From Candidatus Micrarchaeota archaeon (GTDB taxonomy: Archaea > Micrarchaeota > Micrarchaeia > Norongarragalinales > SBBD01), in assembly GCA_018819225.1 (NCBI GenBank), contig JAHJQN010000005.1, positions 47,168 to 111,167 on the forward strand: a stretch of DNA of 64,000 bases, given 5' to 3'. The notes under the pieces are model-generated. The model saw only the letters and a program-made list of their open reading frames with translations. It was not told the origin of the DNA and did no database searches. Made by a program: the position numbers and the translations under genes. Shown here piece after piece: positions 8,615 through 18,394 of this stretch (position 1 is its first letter; each line of letters starts with the position of its first letter).

Positions 8615-11600
8615 CTATTGTGATGCGGTGGCGTTGTGAGTAATTTCCACCCACTCGGCCATGCCTCCGCTGACGCCGCTGAAATCAGCCCAGCACCATA
8701 ACTGTTCCCCTTCGCCCGTTGGAACCGTCGTATTCACGAGGAACGGATCCGCCGCACTCGTATTGGTATTAATGGTGTGAGAGCTTCCGTAACCTGCGCC
8801 GGAATTGTGACATTTGAGGGTCACCCCCGTTGGAGGCGTTGCATTCAAGTAAATACTCCAATTGAGATTTGCATCCCCCGTATTATTGAAAATAAAGAAC
8901 GGATTATCATTGTTTTGACAATTCGCGGTATATCCGACGCATGGATGCACCTCCGTTTGATCGCCCGTCAAACTCGTGAAGTTCATGTCCAAGGTAAATG
9001 CAGGCGTGTAGTTGATGTGCAAGGCTGGTTTATTATTTAGTGAGTGGTTTGCAGAAGAGATCACAAAACGTTCTGTTCCTGAATCGGGCACAGATACCGC
9101 ACCGAAGATGGAAATCCATTCCGGGTGATTCAATATTTGGGCATGGGCGATCGCTGGATCCAACGTGAAGTTCTTGTAACCGGTACTCTCGAATAATGCG
9201 GCAGTGGAATTCCAGGTATTCGAAGCATCATTAGAATGCATGGCTTTACAAGATATTAACTGCACGCGACTGACAACATGACCACCCAAAAGTCCATTGT
9301 TTTCTCCTGGATTGGTAGCAGTGGAAACATATAATTCTGCTAGAATTTCATTGAAAATAATTCCGGATCCATTCGTTAATCCGGTTTCAAAATCCATATG
9401 CCATTTTCCGGATGCCCCTATCCCAAGGGTTTGGTTGGCTTCAATCAATTCATCTCCTTCCGGCGTACAAGCCGCATTTCCTGCATTTCCATACTCTGCA
9501 ATATCAAAACTGGGGTAAACCGCTATAGTTCGAGAATAGTTCGCAGTAGAACCAACGGCTCCCCTTCCGGGAATCGTTAACGTAAACGATGTGACGGCTG
9601 GCACGGTCCAAGGCATACGGATGTGCACCTCGCGGTTCGTGCTCAACGTGATGTTTCGAATCGATGAATTGTCGGTATAACCCGGCGAACTGGCATTGAA
9701 GTAATGAGGCGTGTAATCCGTTTGCGTGTTCGTTCCGTCCGGCGCGTTGACGATCGTAAAAGCAGTGAGGGTCTGCCAAGGAGTCATTCCGTTCGAGTCC
9801 GTGGTGATTCCCGTGAGCATTTCCGTGCCAGACGTGTAATTGGTGATCGAAACCGTGGCGCCGTTCATGGGATCGTCGGTCACGTTGGTGACATTCACCA
9901 ACAAAAACCATTGCCGCGTGTAATTGTTTTCATTTCCCCCGAACGTGACCAGGAGGTCATCAAACGAACTGTTGCGGAACACGTGGCCTTGCGAACCGCT
10001 GGAGAGGAATAAATCCTTGTTCTGCGTGTCACGGATGGTGTTGTTGATCCACAGGCTGTTGTTGGAGGCCACGATATGGATGCTGTTGTTGGAATGGTTT
10101 TGAATCGTGTTGTTCGTGAAATTGTTGAAATCGGAGTTGATGATCCTCACGCCCCGCGGTCCTCCCGTAAAGTTGTTGTTCTCGACGACGTGGTCGGTAC
10201 GCGTTCCCGCAGAAACGGACCAAATACCTAATGCTTCCCCGTAACCGTCGCCATTATCTTTCATTTCCTCCACTGTATTGTTCCGAACGACGCACCACGC
10301 ATTGTCGCCGGTCCCCTCGTAACCCAGCGCCATGCCGTACGGAGACTGGTTGACGTAATTGTTTTCTATCGTGCAGTTATCGGAGTGGCCGTAGAAGAGG
10401 ACGGAAAAATCAGCTCCTGACGGCGTGTGAACCGTGTTGTTTCGGAAAATGGTGTTGTTGGACGAGTCCTTGATTTGGATGGCTCCATAACCCTGCGTGC
10501 TGAAATTGTTGTTTCGGATGGTCGTATCGTATGCGAACGAAGCCAATACGCCATGCCGATATCCGTAAAAGGAACAGTTCGCGACGTCGGTTTCGTTAAA
10601 GTTTGTAATCGATACATGCGTTCCAACGCGTCCTACTCGGCTGATCGTATGGCCGTCGCAGTCGAGCGTCAACGTATTTGCCGCGATGGTGAAACAGGAT
10701 CCGGGGGGGGCCGTCAGGTCGTTGTTCAACAAGACGCTTTGTTTAATGGTTCCGCAACTCCCGTTTACAATCGCCGTAAAATTGTTTTTGTCAGTATCCG
10801 TTAAACCCCACTCGTCGGATCCGATGCAATTCCAGATGTATTTATTCGGAGGCAACCCAAAAACATTAAACGCGGTATTCGTCGCATTCTGTAAACCCGT
10901 AGCGCTCGTATTCGAGAAGTTGGCGGCCCAAACTCCGGAAAAGTTGCCCCATAACGTTAGATTTTGAGGAGTTCCGGTGTCCACATCGATACTGCAGTTG
11001 AACGTAACCATCGCTTGGGCACTGCTGGAAACCGTGGTATTATCGGTCGCAGGACTAATCAATACCACGTCAGGGGGCTCGGAGTAATTGACATATAGAT
11101 AAACCTGCGATAACGCATCTTGGGAAGAGATGGGATCCCGATCCTTACGATCTTCATCCTTGATGCCAAATCCGAAGAAATTAGTTCCAAGTCCATTTTC
11201 CATGTCCGTATGAGCTGCGTCTATAAGGGTATAATTCGTCCACTGTAACCCTGGAACCGAAGCCACTCCGGTATGATAAATAGTCGAAGAATTCACGTAA
11301 TCCCACGGCGAATCCGAACTACCGCAGGAAAAACTGGATAACGGTTTGTTGATCGCGCGAATGGTATGGTTACTCGCATGAACAGTATTCCAGTACAACG
11401 AAGCCGTGATGTTGAAAATTTGTGCAGTACCTGGAATGCTGGTGGTGTCCCAGTCAATTGCAGGCCGGTAATCAATATCGTTATAATAGGTTGCAGTCGC
11501 ATTCGTGCACGAAGTACTCGTAAGATTTCCTACGATAAGAGAAAAAGCGCTGTCGACAGCACAACCGTAATAATTGTCGACAGTCGTACAACCAATACCC

Positions 11601-13174
11601 GAATAATTTATGGTGCGCCAGAACGTGGTATCGTTATTGTTTTCAGCAGCGGCATATCGCACAAACGGATCCAAGAATAACTGTTTGCCTTGCAAATTGG
11701 AGATGCGCAGCTCCGTTTGATTCGTCATCGAGAGCGAAAAGCCTTCCTCAATCAAGTCGTTGAAATCCAAAACGATATCGCCCGGTAACATGATGGAATG
11801 ATCCTCGACGTAAACCGTGCTCCAATCCATTTCATCCGATGAGAGCCGTAATCCGATGGACTGAATCTTGTCGTGAATGGGTTGCGGCGAATCCCGGAAA
11901 TCCAAAGCGAACTTCGGATGTTTTTCGTTGCGCACCTGACCGCGGAAGTTAACCCCTAATCCCTGCTTGATTTCGTGAACGCTTTGATCGCGATTCTCGA
12001 ATACGATGAAGGGATCCAGTTTCACCGTGTAATTGGGGGCTTGCAGTTGGAAGTGCGGGTTTTCCCACGTAAACGAAATGTATTCGTTGAAGCCCATCCA
12101 CTTTCCGAAGAAGAACACGTTGACGGGTTTCTGATACAAAATCGCGGTCTTGTATCCGTTGCCGCTTTCGATCACGTCCGCTTTCGCGCCAACGGCTTTC
12201 CCCGTCACCGGCAAGTCGGATTCGAATAATTTGACTCCGCGCGGTTCAATTAATGCGGGAACAAGTGTGGGCATAGGAGTGGCATTTGCGGTGGGCGACG
12301 CGCTAACAGATGGCGTGGGGGTCATCGTGGCGTTCGGGGTTGGAGTCATGGTCGCGTTTGGAGTCGGCGTGGGAGCCGGTGTGGAAAACGAATACCCGTC
12401 TTCCCGCGAGCAGTTTTCAGAATTACAGCTTTCAACTGAGAAGAAATACTGCGTGGATGCCAGGAGACTGGAAAGGGTTAGCGAATGCGTTTGCACGAGC
12501 GAGGAATCCGATTCAATGAGACTGAGATCGATGTCTTGACCGTAATAGACCGTGGAATTCGCGGGCTGGTCGGTATCCCAGGAGATGAGCGCGCTGCTGG
12601 TTTGGGGTTCTGCAGTCACATTATCGATGATGGGAAAATCAGGGTAAGGCGTTGCCGTAGGCGTTGGAGTCGGAGTCGCTTCCAATTCGCAGGCGGTAGC
12701 GCAACACGTGCCGGAGTCGGAAGCATTGAGCCATTGATCGCCAGGACAAATTTCTCCCTCTAAACAAATCGTTCCGTTTTGTTCCGCGCAAGTCGGTTCA
12801 GGGGTCGGAGTCGGTTCTTCCGTGGGAGTAGGTGTCGGGGATTCGCAGGCAACCGCACAACACAAACCGGTATCCGAAGCGTTGAGCCATTGATCGCCAG
12901 GACAAATTTCTTCCTCAGAACAAACGAACCCTCCTTGTTCCGCGCACGTGGGATCGGGAGTGGGCGTGGGCGCTTCAGTTGCAGTAGGAGTAGGGGTTTC
13001 CGTTGGAGTCGGCGTAGGAGTAGCAGTAGGAGTAGGCGTTTCCGTTGGAGAAGGAGTAGGGGTGGGCGTAGGATCGTCGGCCCCGGCAACCGCAGCCAGT
13101 AAAAAGACAATAACCACTAACAATCCAATGTTCGCGAGCAGGAAACTCCCACGGAAACGGGAGGGAAACGGCAT
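8615..13174 (-). CDS. Large secreted multidomain adhesin-like protein (PT linkers, 2 Cys-rich repeats, FN3-like, parallel beta-helix/NosD-like region, C-terminal subunit-like domain)
   Basis: 1519-aa ORF; ISWDTDQPANSTVYYG FN3-like motif; NNT-rich beta-helix repeats; no C-terminal TM. Confidence 0.85.
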   Translation of the reverse strand: MPFPSRFRGSFLLANIGLLVVIVFLLAAVAGADDPTPTPTPSPTETPTPTATPTPTPTETPTPTATEAPTPTPDPTCAEQGGFVCSEEEICPGDQWLNASDTGLCCAVACESPTPTPTEEPTPTPEPTCAEQNGTICLEGEICPGDQWLNASDSGTCCATACELEATPTPTPTATPYPDFPIIDNVTAEPQTSSALISWDTDQPANSTVYYGQDIDLSLIESDSSLVQTHSLTLSSLLASTQYFFSVESCNSENCSREDGYSFSTPAPTPTPNATMTPTPNATMTPTPSVSASPTANATPMPTLVPALIEPRGVKLFESDLPVTGKAVGAKADVIESGNGYKTAILYQKPVNVFFFGKWMGFNEYISFTWENPHFQLQAPNYTVKLDPFIVFENRDQSVHEIKQGLGVNFRGQVRNEKHPKFALDFRDSPQPIHDKIQSIGLRLSSDEMDWSTVYVEDHSIMLPGDIVLDFNDLIEEGFSLSMTNQTELRISNLQGKQLFLDPFVRYAAAENNNDTTFWRTINYSGIGCTTVDNYYGCAVDSAFSLIVGNLTSTSCTNATATYYNDIDYRPAIDWDTTSIPGTAQIFNITASLYWNTVHASNHTIRAINKPLSSFSCGSSDSPWDYVNSSTIYHTGVASVPGLQWTNYTLIDAAHTDMENGLGTNFFGFGIKDEDRKDRDPISSQDALSQVYLYVNYSEPPDVVLISPATDNTTVSSSAQAMVTFNCSIDVDTGTPQNLTLWGNFSGVWAANFSNTSATGLQNATNTAFNVFGLPPNKYIWNCIGSDEWGLTDTDKNNFTAIVNGSCGTIKQSVLLNNDLTAPPGSCFTIAANTLTLDCDGHTISRVGRVGTHVSITNFNETDVANCSFYGYRHGVLASFAYDTTIRNNNFSTQGYGAIQIKDSSNNTIFRNNTVHTPSGADFSVLFYGHSDNCTIENNYVNQSPYGMALGYEGTGDNAWCVVRNNTVEEMKDNGDGYGEALGIWSVSAGTRTDHVVENNNFTGGPRGVRIINSDFNNFTNNTIQNHSNNSIHIVASNNSLWINNTIRDTQNKDLFLSSGSQGHVFRNSSFDDLLVTFGGNENNYTRQWFLLVNVTNVTDDPMNGATVSITNYTSGTEMLTGITTDSNGMTPWQTLTAFTIVNAPDGTNTQTDYTPHYFNASSPGYTDNSSIRNITLSTNREVHIRMPWTVPAVTSFTLTIPGRGAVGSTANYSRTIAVYPSFDIAEYGNAGNAACTPEGDELIEANQTLGIGASGKWHMDFETGLTNGSGIIFNEILAELYVSTATNPGENNGLLGGHVVSRVQLISCKAMHSNDASNTWNSTAALFESTGYKNFTLDPAIAHAQILNHPEWISIFGAVSVPDSGTERFVISSANHSLNNKPALHINYTPAFTLDMNFTSLTGDQTEVHPCVGYTANCQNNDNPFFIFNNTGDANLNWSIYLNATPPTGVTLKCHNSGAGYGSSHTINTNTSAADPFLVNTTVPTGEGEQLWCWADFSGVSGGMAEWVEITHNATASQ

Positions 13175-13360
13175 GCGCGTATTACAGCGAAGTCATATTA
13201 AACCTTTTACAGAACCGGCGGGAAAAGAAACGCAAGTCTTTTAAAGCAGAAAGCGCATTGAAAGTGTTCCTTTGGGGAGTAAGCCGGTGCGGCTTGAGAA
13301 CCAATTCAACTTGTTCTTGATTTCCTCATCGATTGCGCATTCATTATCAGGTCATAGTTT

Positions 13361-13666
13361 ATGGACGTCAACAAATCCCTTCGATTGGTCGTGGATACGG
13401 GCAAAGTCGTGCTGGGCACGGACCGCGCCATGAAAACGGCGTTGCTGGGAAACGCGAAATTGATCGTGATTGCAAGTAATATGGCGAGGGATTCGCGACG
13501 CGATCTCGAGCAATACTGTAGGCTCGCCGGCATTCCGACCATGGAATTCAATGGGACGAGCATCGAACTCGGAACCGTTTGCGGGAAACCGTTCCCGATT
13601 TCTGCATTGACGGTTCTCGAGGAAGGGGAATCCGGTATCTTGAAGGAGAGAGGCGACGCGTCATGA
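13361..13666 (+). CDS. rpl30e: 50S ribosomal protein eL30
   Basis: VDTGKVVLG, ELGTVCGKPF. Confidence 0.97.
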   Translation: MDVNKSLRLVVDTGKVVLGTDRAMKTALLGNAKLIVIASNMARDSRRDLEQYCRLAGIPTMEFNGTSIELGTVCGKPFPISALTVLEEGESGILKERGDAS

Positions 13667-14091
13667 CGAAGCTCAGCATGGAAGACATTCAGAAAATGAA
13701 CGCGATGGAGCAGATAACGGGAGCGAAAGCGCAAGACGTCGTGGACTTGCCGGACCGCATCATATTCATTGTTCCCAAGCAGGATTTGGGCAAGGCCATA
13801 GGAAAAGGCGGAAGTAACGTGTCTCGTTTGAAGCAAGGCCTCGGCAAACCCGTGGAAATCGTGGAAGCCGCCGACGAAGAAAAAGCGTTTTTTGCCGCGT
13901 TGTTTAAACCCGCGGTGGTTGATGATTATAGCGTGAATGAAAACGATGGCAAGCGTTCGTTGGACGTGCGCGTTCAGAACAAGGAGAGGGGCATTGCCAT
14001 AGGACGAAATGGGGAAAAAATCAAGCGAGCGAAATTGCTTGGAAAACGTTACTACGGATATGAAGACGTGCGCATCGTGACGCGAGGGTGA
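13663..14091 (+). CDS. nusA: Archaeal NusA (KH domains)
   Basis: AIGKGGSNV and [11 protein letters not shown] motifs; ATGA overlap with rpl30e. Confidence 0.95.
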   Translation: MTKLSMEDIQKMNAMEQITGAKAQDVVDLPDRIIFIVPKQDLGKAIGKGGSNVSRLKQGLGKPVEIVEAADEEKAFFAALFKPAVVDDYSVNENDGKRSLDVRVQNKERGIAIGRNGEKIKRAKLLGKRYYGYEDVRIVTRG

Positions 14092-14095
14092 AAGC

Positions 14096-14524
14096 ATGGC
14101 AAGAGGAGAATTTGCTGGAAGGATTCTGAAATCGCGCCGCAAGCAAGCGCGGTGGTTGCGAAAGAAGTGGAAGCGCAAGGCATTGGGCTTGAAATTCAAG
14201 TTCGATCCGTTGGAAGGCGCGCCCCTCGCTAAAGGAATTGTTTTGAAAAAGGAAGGCAAGGAGCAGAAGCAACCGCACTCGGGAATCGTGAAAACCGTTA
14301 AAGTTCAATTGATCAAGAACGGAAAGAAAGTGGGCGCGCATTGTCCGCGCGACAAAGCCATTAATTTCATCGACGAGCACGACGAAGTGACGATTGCGGG
14401 GCTCGGCGGATCGCAGAGAGGTCAGATGGGTTCGATTCCGGGCATTCGGTATAAAGTCGTCGCCGTAAACGGGATTTCGCTCGACGAACTGCGCAAGGGC
14501 AAGAAAGAGAAGCCGAAGAGGTAG
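14096..14524 (+). CDS. rps12: 30S ribosomal protein uS12
   Basis: [23 protein letters not shown]. Confidence 0.97.
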   Translation: MARGEFAGRILKSRRKQARWLRKKWKRKALGLKFKFDPLEGAPLAKGIVLKKEGKEQKQPHSGIVKTVKVQLIKNGKKVGAHCPRDKAINFIDEHDEVTIAGLGGSQRGQMGSIPGIRYKVVAVNGISLDELRKGKKEKPKR

Positions 14525-14530
14525 AGAGGC

Positions 14531-15139
14531 ATGAACCCAGACGTCAAACTGTTCGGAAAATACGATTTCAACGTGCAAGTGCAGGACGTGAGTCTCGCGA
14601 AGTACATTAGCCTGAAGCCGGTGCGCTACCCGCATACGTTCGCCCGTCACGGAAACAAGCAATTCGCGAAAGGAAAAGTCAATCTCGTGGAACGCTTGGT
14701 GAACAAGCTGATGCGCGGCGGAACCGGAGAAAAAATGGGGGGGAAAATCATTCGCACGCACGGTAAATTGCAGGGCAAGAAGACGCGCATGATCAAAACC
14801 GTGGAGAAAGCGTTCGCGGAAGTGCAAAAGCGCACGAAACAGAATCCCGTGCAAGTGCTCGTTCAAGCCGTCGAAAACTCGGCACCGCGGGAAGATATTA
14901 CGCGCGTGCGGTTCGGAGGAATTAGTTACCAGCTCGCCGTCGACATTTCAGCCCAACGCCGGTTGGATTTATCGCTTCGAAATATTGCGTTAGCGGCGAT
15001 CATCAGCTCGTTCAAGAACCCGTTGACGCTCACCGAAGCGCTTACGAACGAAATCGTGTTGGCAGCCACCAATGATCCCAACTCGTTCTCGATCAAGCGC
15101 AAGAACGAAGTCGAACGGGTCTCGCGAAGCGCGCGTTAA
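14531..15139 (+). CDS. rps7: 30S ribosomal protein uS7
   Basis: NPVQVLVQAVENSAPRED, VDISAQRRLD. Confidence 0.97.
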   Translation: MNPDVKLFGKYDFNVQVQDVSLAKYISLKPVRYPHTFARHGNKQFAKGKVNLVERLVNKLMRGGTGEKMGGKIIRTHGKLQGKKTRMIKTVEKAFAEVQKRTKQNPVQVLVQAVENSAPREDITRVRFGGISYQLAVDISAQRRLDLSLRNIALAAIISSFKNPLTLTEALTNEIVLAATNDPNSFSIKRKNEVERVSRSAR

Positions 15140-15750
15140 TTGGCCTGCGCCCGCACCACGTAGCGCCCGCGGCGCTCAATTTCATCGAGGCGACCGAGCA
15201 CCAGCCTGCACTTCTTTCGCGTCTTGCAATAACCCGTTCGAAGGGCCGCGAACTGAAGAGGGGTTGAAGACTTTTTGAAGAGCAGTAAATCCGTGGCTTG
15301 ATCCTCCAAACTCGCGGAAAAACGGCCTAACCCGAAATCAATGAACGCCATTTCCGATGAATACAATACGATCACGTTCGAGGTCGTGAAATCACCGTGC
15401 ACGATTCCGTGGTCATGCAATAAAGCCAACGATTGCCCTAGCTGTTCCAGCCGTTTTCGAGGAAGGGCGTGCGTTTTCAAATACGGGGCCAGCAAGGTTC
15501 CCCGGAGTTCTTCGAGAACGAGTTCGTGTTTCCCGCGACGCGCGCCTAATATCAAGGGACAGCGCACCCCCGCTTGCTTCGCGGCGGACAGGAGACGGGC
15601 TTCGTTTCGCGTGCGCGACGTCCGAATGGCTTGGTCGAGAGCCGGGACGCGGTAGTGTTTCCTCACACGGCGTTTGCAGAGCGCCTGCCGAGAGTGGAAA
15701 CGAATCCGATACAATTCCGCTTCCGCGCCTTTAGCGACCCATTTCATCAA
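15136..15750 (-). CDS. bud32: KEOPS kinase Bud32 (stand-alone)
   Basis: KGAEA, HGDFTTSN, IDFGL, C-terminal RGRY. Confidence 0.93.
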   Translation of the reverse strand: MMKWVAKGAEAELYRIRFHSRQALCKRRVRKHYRVPALDQAIRTSRTRNEARLLSAAKQAGVRCPLILGARRGKHELVLEELRGTLLAPYLKTHALPRKRLEQLGQSLALLHDHGIVHGDFTTSNVIVLYSSEMAFIDFGLGRFSASLEDQATDLLLFKKSSTPLQFAALRTGYCKTRKKCRLVLGRLDEIERRGRYVVRAQAN

Positions 15751-15758
15751 ATCACGAA

Positions 15759-16196
15759 TTAAATGTCGAGAAGGATGCGAATGCGCCAGCGTCCGTTGGC
15801 TTGATGTTCGACGAGGGTTTGGTGGTGCGTCACCGCTTTCACGTGCATTTCTCCTTTTTCCGGCGAATACGGTTCGCCGCGGGCCTCGCCAACGAGACGA
15901 AAACCGTGTTCCGTTTTCTGGAATTGTCGGACGTGAAAGCTCTTGAAAAACAGTTCGGAGGAATCGCTCTCGGATAAGACATCCGACAGAACGAAATTAG
16001 TGAGTTCTTCCAGCGATTCGGCTTCCGCCCGCACCTCGAAACGATGGGATTCCTGCAAATCGTCGACGTGAGCGATCGTGGAAAACAAGGCGAGCGCGGC
16101 ATGAGAAAGCGTTTCCTCGTACGTGGAACCGAACGCCTCGAACAGGACATCCGCCGTATGATCCAAAAAACGGTATTTATCTCCGAGGACCAGCAT
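15759..16196 (-). CDS. Archease (RtcB cofactor)
   Basis: FLDHTADV, VKAVTHH, C-terminal LDI; start trimmed to MLVLGD. Confidence 0.93.
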   Translation of the reverse strand: MLVLGDKYRFLDHTADVLFEAFGSTYEETLSHAALALFSTIAHVDDLQESHRFEVRAEAESLEELTNFVLSDVLSESDSSELFFKSFHVRQFQKTEHGFRLVGEARGEPYSPEKGEMHVKAVTHHQTLVEHQANGRWRIRILLDI

Positions 16197-16250
16197 TTCC
16201 GAACACCATACCCATACGCTATAATAACTGCAAGGAACTAAAGCATTAAA

Positions 16251-16631
16251 ATGGTGTCTTCGAAAGGCGCTGCATACGAAAGGCAGCTCAAAAAAATGTT
16301 GGAAGGGAAAGGCTTTTTCGTGATTCGATCCGCAGGAAGCGGCGTGGACTCGACGTCGCCTGACTTGCTCGCGCTTTCTTCCGCGAAACGAATGGCGATC
16401 GAGTGCAAGGCCCGGAATTCCGGGTACGTTTGGATTGAAGCCACTCGCATGCGGCGCATGAACGCCTTCGAGGAAAAAACCGCGATTCCGTACTATGTTG
16501 CGTGGAAGGTGGCGCGGGAGGAATGGCGGTTCTTTCCGCTGATCGCCCTCCGAGAAACGGCGAAAGCCTTCGTGATAGAGGAAAAGGACTTGCACAGCGG
16601 ACTTTCTCTCGAGCAATTACTGAACCGCTAA
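16251..16631 (+). CDS. hjc: Holliday junction resolvase Hjc
   Basis: KGAAYERQL, RSAGSG, PDLLA, IECK. Confidence 0.93.
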   Translation: MVSSKGAAYERQLKKMLEGKGFFVIRSAGSGVDSTSPDLLALSSAKRMAIECKARNSGYVWIEATRMRRMNAFEEKTAIPYYVAWKVAREEWRFFPLIALRETAKAFVIEEKDLHSGLSLEQLLNR

Positions 16632-17413
16632 TGGATGTAGCTTAACACGTCTTTCTTAGGGGTTTCCGGAATCGCGAAGCCTGCCTGTTCTTCTTTGCGG
16701 GCCTGCAATTCGATTTTCTTGAGAAAGTGCTCCGCTTTCTCGGCCTTTCCGCGAAGCGTCTTCGTATCGATGCGGTCGCCGAGCATCTTGGAGATCAAAT
16801 CCAGGAGAACCGAAGCGCCGGTGGCGTCAATGGCTTGACCCGGAGTTTCCACCAACAAACACGTGCCCCTCATGTGATACAAGCGGGAAATCGCTGGAAC
16901 GAGTCCGGCCATTCCCACAATCGGGATCACGGCCTGATTCGGTTTCGCGCCGAGTTTATAAAAATATTCGAGATACGATTTGGAGGTCGCCGAACAGAAT
17001 ACGTCCGGCTTTTCTTTGGTTCGGTTGAGCGCATACCCCGCCATCGCCACGACTTCCGAGCCTCCCAGACGTTGGAAGAATTCGAGAATCTTTCCCGTGA
17101 CTTCATACTGGCCTTCAACGGTCAAGGGTTGGACGTCTCCCTTCAATATCACGACGTCCCGTTTCTTAAACTTCTTGTAATAAAAACGCATGGAAAACGG
17201 GCGCAGCGCCCCATTCTTCATTGCAATCACTTGATTCGGGAAATTCGGAGAGTACAGCGTAGCGAAATGTTCGGCCTGACTGGTTTTAATTAAATGATCG
17301 GCCGCCAGTTTGCTCACAAAACCGACGCCCGGTAGACCCATAATCAATATGGGATTTTTCGGTTTCACGGATTTCTTGACGCGGATCATGCTCTCGAGAA
17401 AACGCGGATTCAT
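16628..17413 (-). CDS. PAC2-family proteasome assembly chaperone
   Basis: GLPGVGFVSKLA, IVGMAGL, CLLVETPG; conserved position after nop10; start uncertain. Confidence 0.88.
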   Translation of the reverse strand: MNPRFLESMIRVKKSVKPKNPILIMGLPGVGFVSKLAADHLIKTSQAEHFATLYSPNFPNQVIAMKNGALRPFSMRFYYKKFKKRDVVILKGDVQPLTVEGQYEVTGKILEFFQRLGGSEVVAMAGYALNRTKEKPDVFCSATSKSYLEYFYKLGAKPNQAVIPIVGMAGLVPAISRLYHMRGTCLLVETPGQAIDATGASVLLDLISKMLGDRIDTKTLRGKAEKAEHFLKKIELQARKEEQAGFAIPETPKKDVLSYIH

Positions 17414-17477
17414 GGAGTTCAACCCAATGTAAAGTTAAGACGCGTATAATAAAAACGTATGGTTATGCTTCGCGGCG

Positions 17478-17633
17478 TCACGCGCGGTATAACGCGTTTC
17501 GGCGATAGGAACGGAACGGGTCTTCCTTCGAGTATTTGGCGGGGTGCGCGGAACGTGTCTTCTTCCCGCACGAAGGACACGCTTTTTTTAACGTGTACGT
17601 CGCGCACGCGGAACAGCAATGCAAGACGTTCAT
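17478..17633 (-). CDS. nop10: H/ACA RNP protein Nop10 (below ORF-track cutoff)
   Basis: Manual translation MNVLHCCSACATYTLKKACPSCGKKTRSAHPAKYSKEDPFRSYRR. Confidence 0.92.
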   Translation of the reverse strand: MNVLHCCSACATYTLKKACPSCGKKTRSAHPAKYSKEDPFRSYRRNALYRA

Positions 17634-17634
17634 G

Positions 17635-18387
17635 CTAAACCTTCACTTTTTGCATCGAATACTGAATGCGCGATTCTTTTTCCAGCAAGTGCTCGATGCG
17701 CAACAACGATTTTTCCGCGCGCTTGTAATCCGTGTCGGGAATGTCAATAAAGTATTTGGGGGCGCCCAAGTACTTCAAGGAAATGCGGGGAGTGGATTTG
17801 GAAATACGCAGAAGAATTTTTTTCACGTGTTCCACGCCTTCGCTGTCGAACGATTGCAACGTCAGATTCGCGCGCACGTGAATTTCTTTCTCTTTGATCT
17901 CGACCTCCGCGATCTCCGCGAGCGCTTGCTTCCAAGGCGCCGGAATGGCGGTATCGCACGTCCCCGCTTTCAATGCCTCGAATGCGAGAAAGAGATCCCC
18001 GTATTCCTTGATGAGCAGGTCCCCGGCTTCGGTATACGCTTCTTTCAACGTTTTCTTGAGCTTGAGGGCGCCGCGCTCCAACAGTTTTTCCGCGCGCTTG
18101 CCCAGTTGATACGCCTCCATTTTGCGCTTGCGGTCGTTGTCGCTGACGCGCTTGAGACTCAAATCAATTTGTCGTTTCTCGTGGTCGACGCGAGAAATCA
18201 TGACCACGACTTTTTGGCCTTCCTTGACGTGATCGCGAATGTTTTTGACCCAACCCGAGCTCACTTCCGAAATGTGTAGAAAGCCTTCCATAGCACTGTA
18301 TTCGTCCAGGGAAAGAAACGCGCCGTACGGCATGATCTTGATTACGGAAGCGATGACGAACTCGCCGACTTCGGGATATCCCGCCAT
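17635..18387 (-). CDS. eif2a: Translation initiation factor aIF-2 alpha
   Basis: S1 domain YPEVGEFV..LDEY..EGFLHISEV, GAPKY. Confidence 0.96.
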   Translation of the reverse strand: MAGYPEVGEFVIASVIKIMPYGAFLSLDEYSAMEGFLHISEVSSGWVKNIRDHVKEGQKVVVMISRVDHEKRQIDLSLKRVSDNDRKRKMEAYQLGKRAEKLLERGALKLKKTLKEAYTEAGDLLIKEYGDLFLAFEALKAGTCDTAIPAPWKQALAEIAEVEIKEKEIHVRANLTLQSFDSEGVEHVKKILLRISKSTPRISLKYLGAPKYFIDIPDTDYKRAEKSLLRIEHLLEKESRIQYSMQKVKV

Positions 18388-18394
18388 GAATGTT

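Noticed and set aside
12940-13080. Tandem repeats resembling an array (also 12280-12380 and 41280-41420)
   Set aside because: These are codon-degenerate Pro-Thr linkers with no constant repeat or unique spacers; no CRISPR array or cas gene seen
13306-14866. Long minus-strand ORFs of 317 and 281 aa
   Set aside because: Antisense shadows of rpl30e/nusA/rps12/rps7
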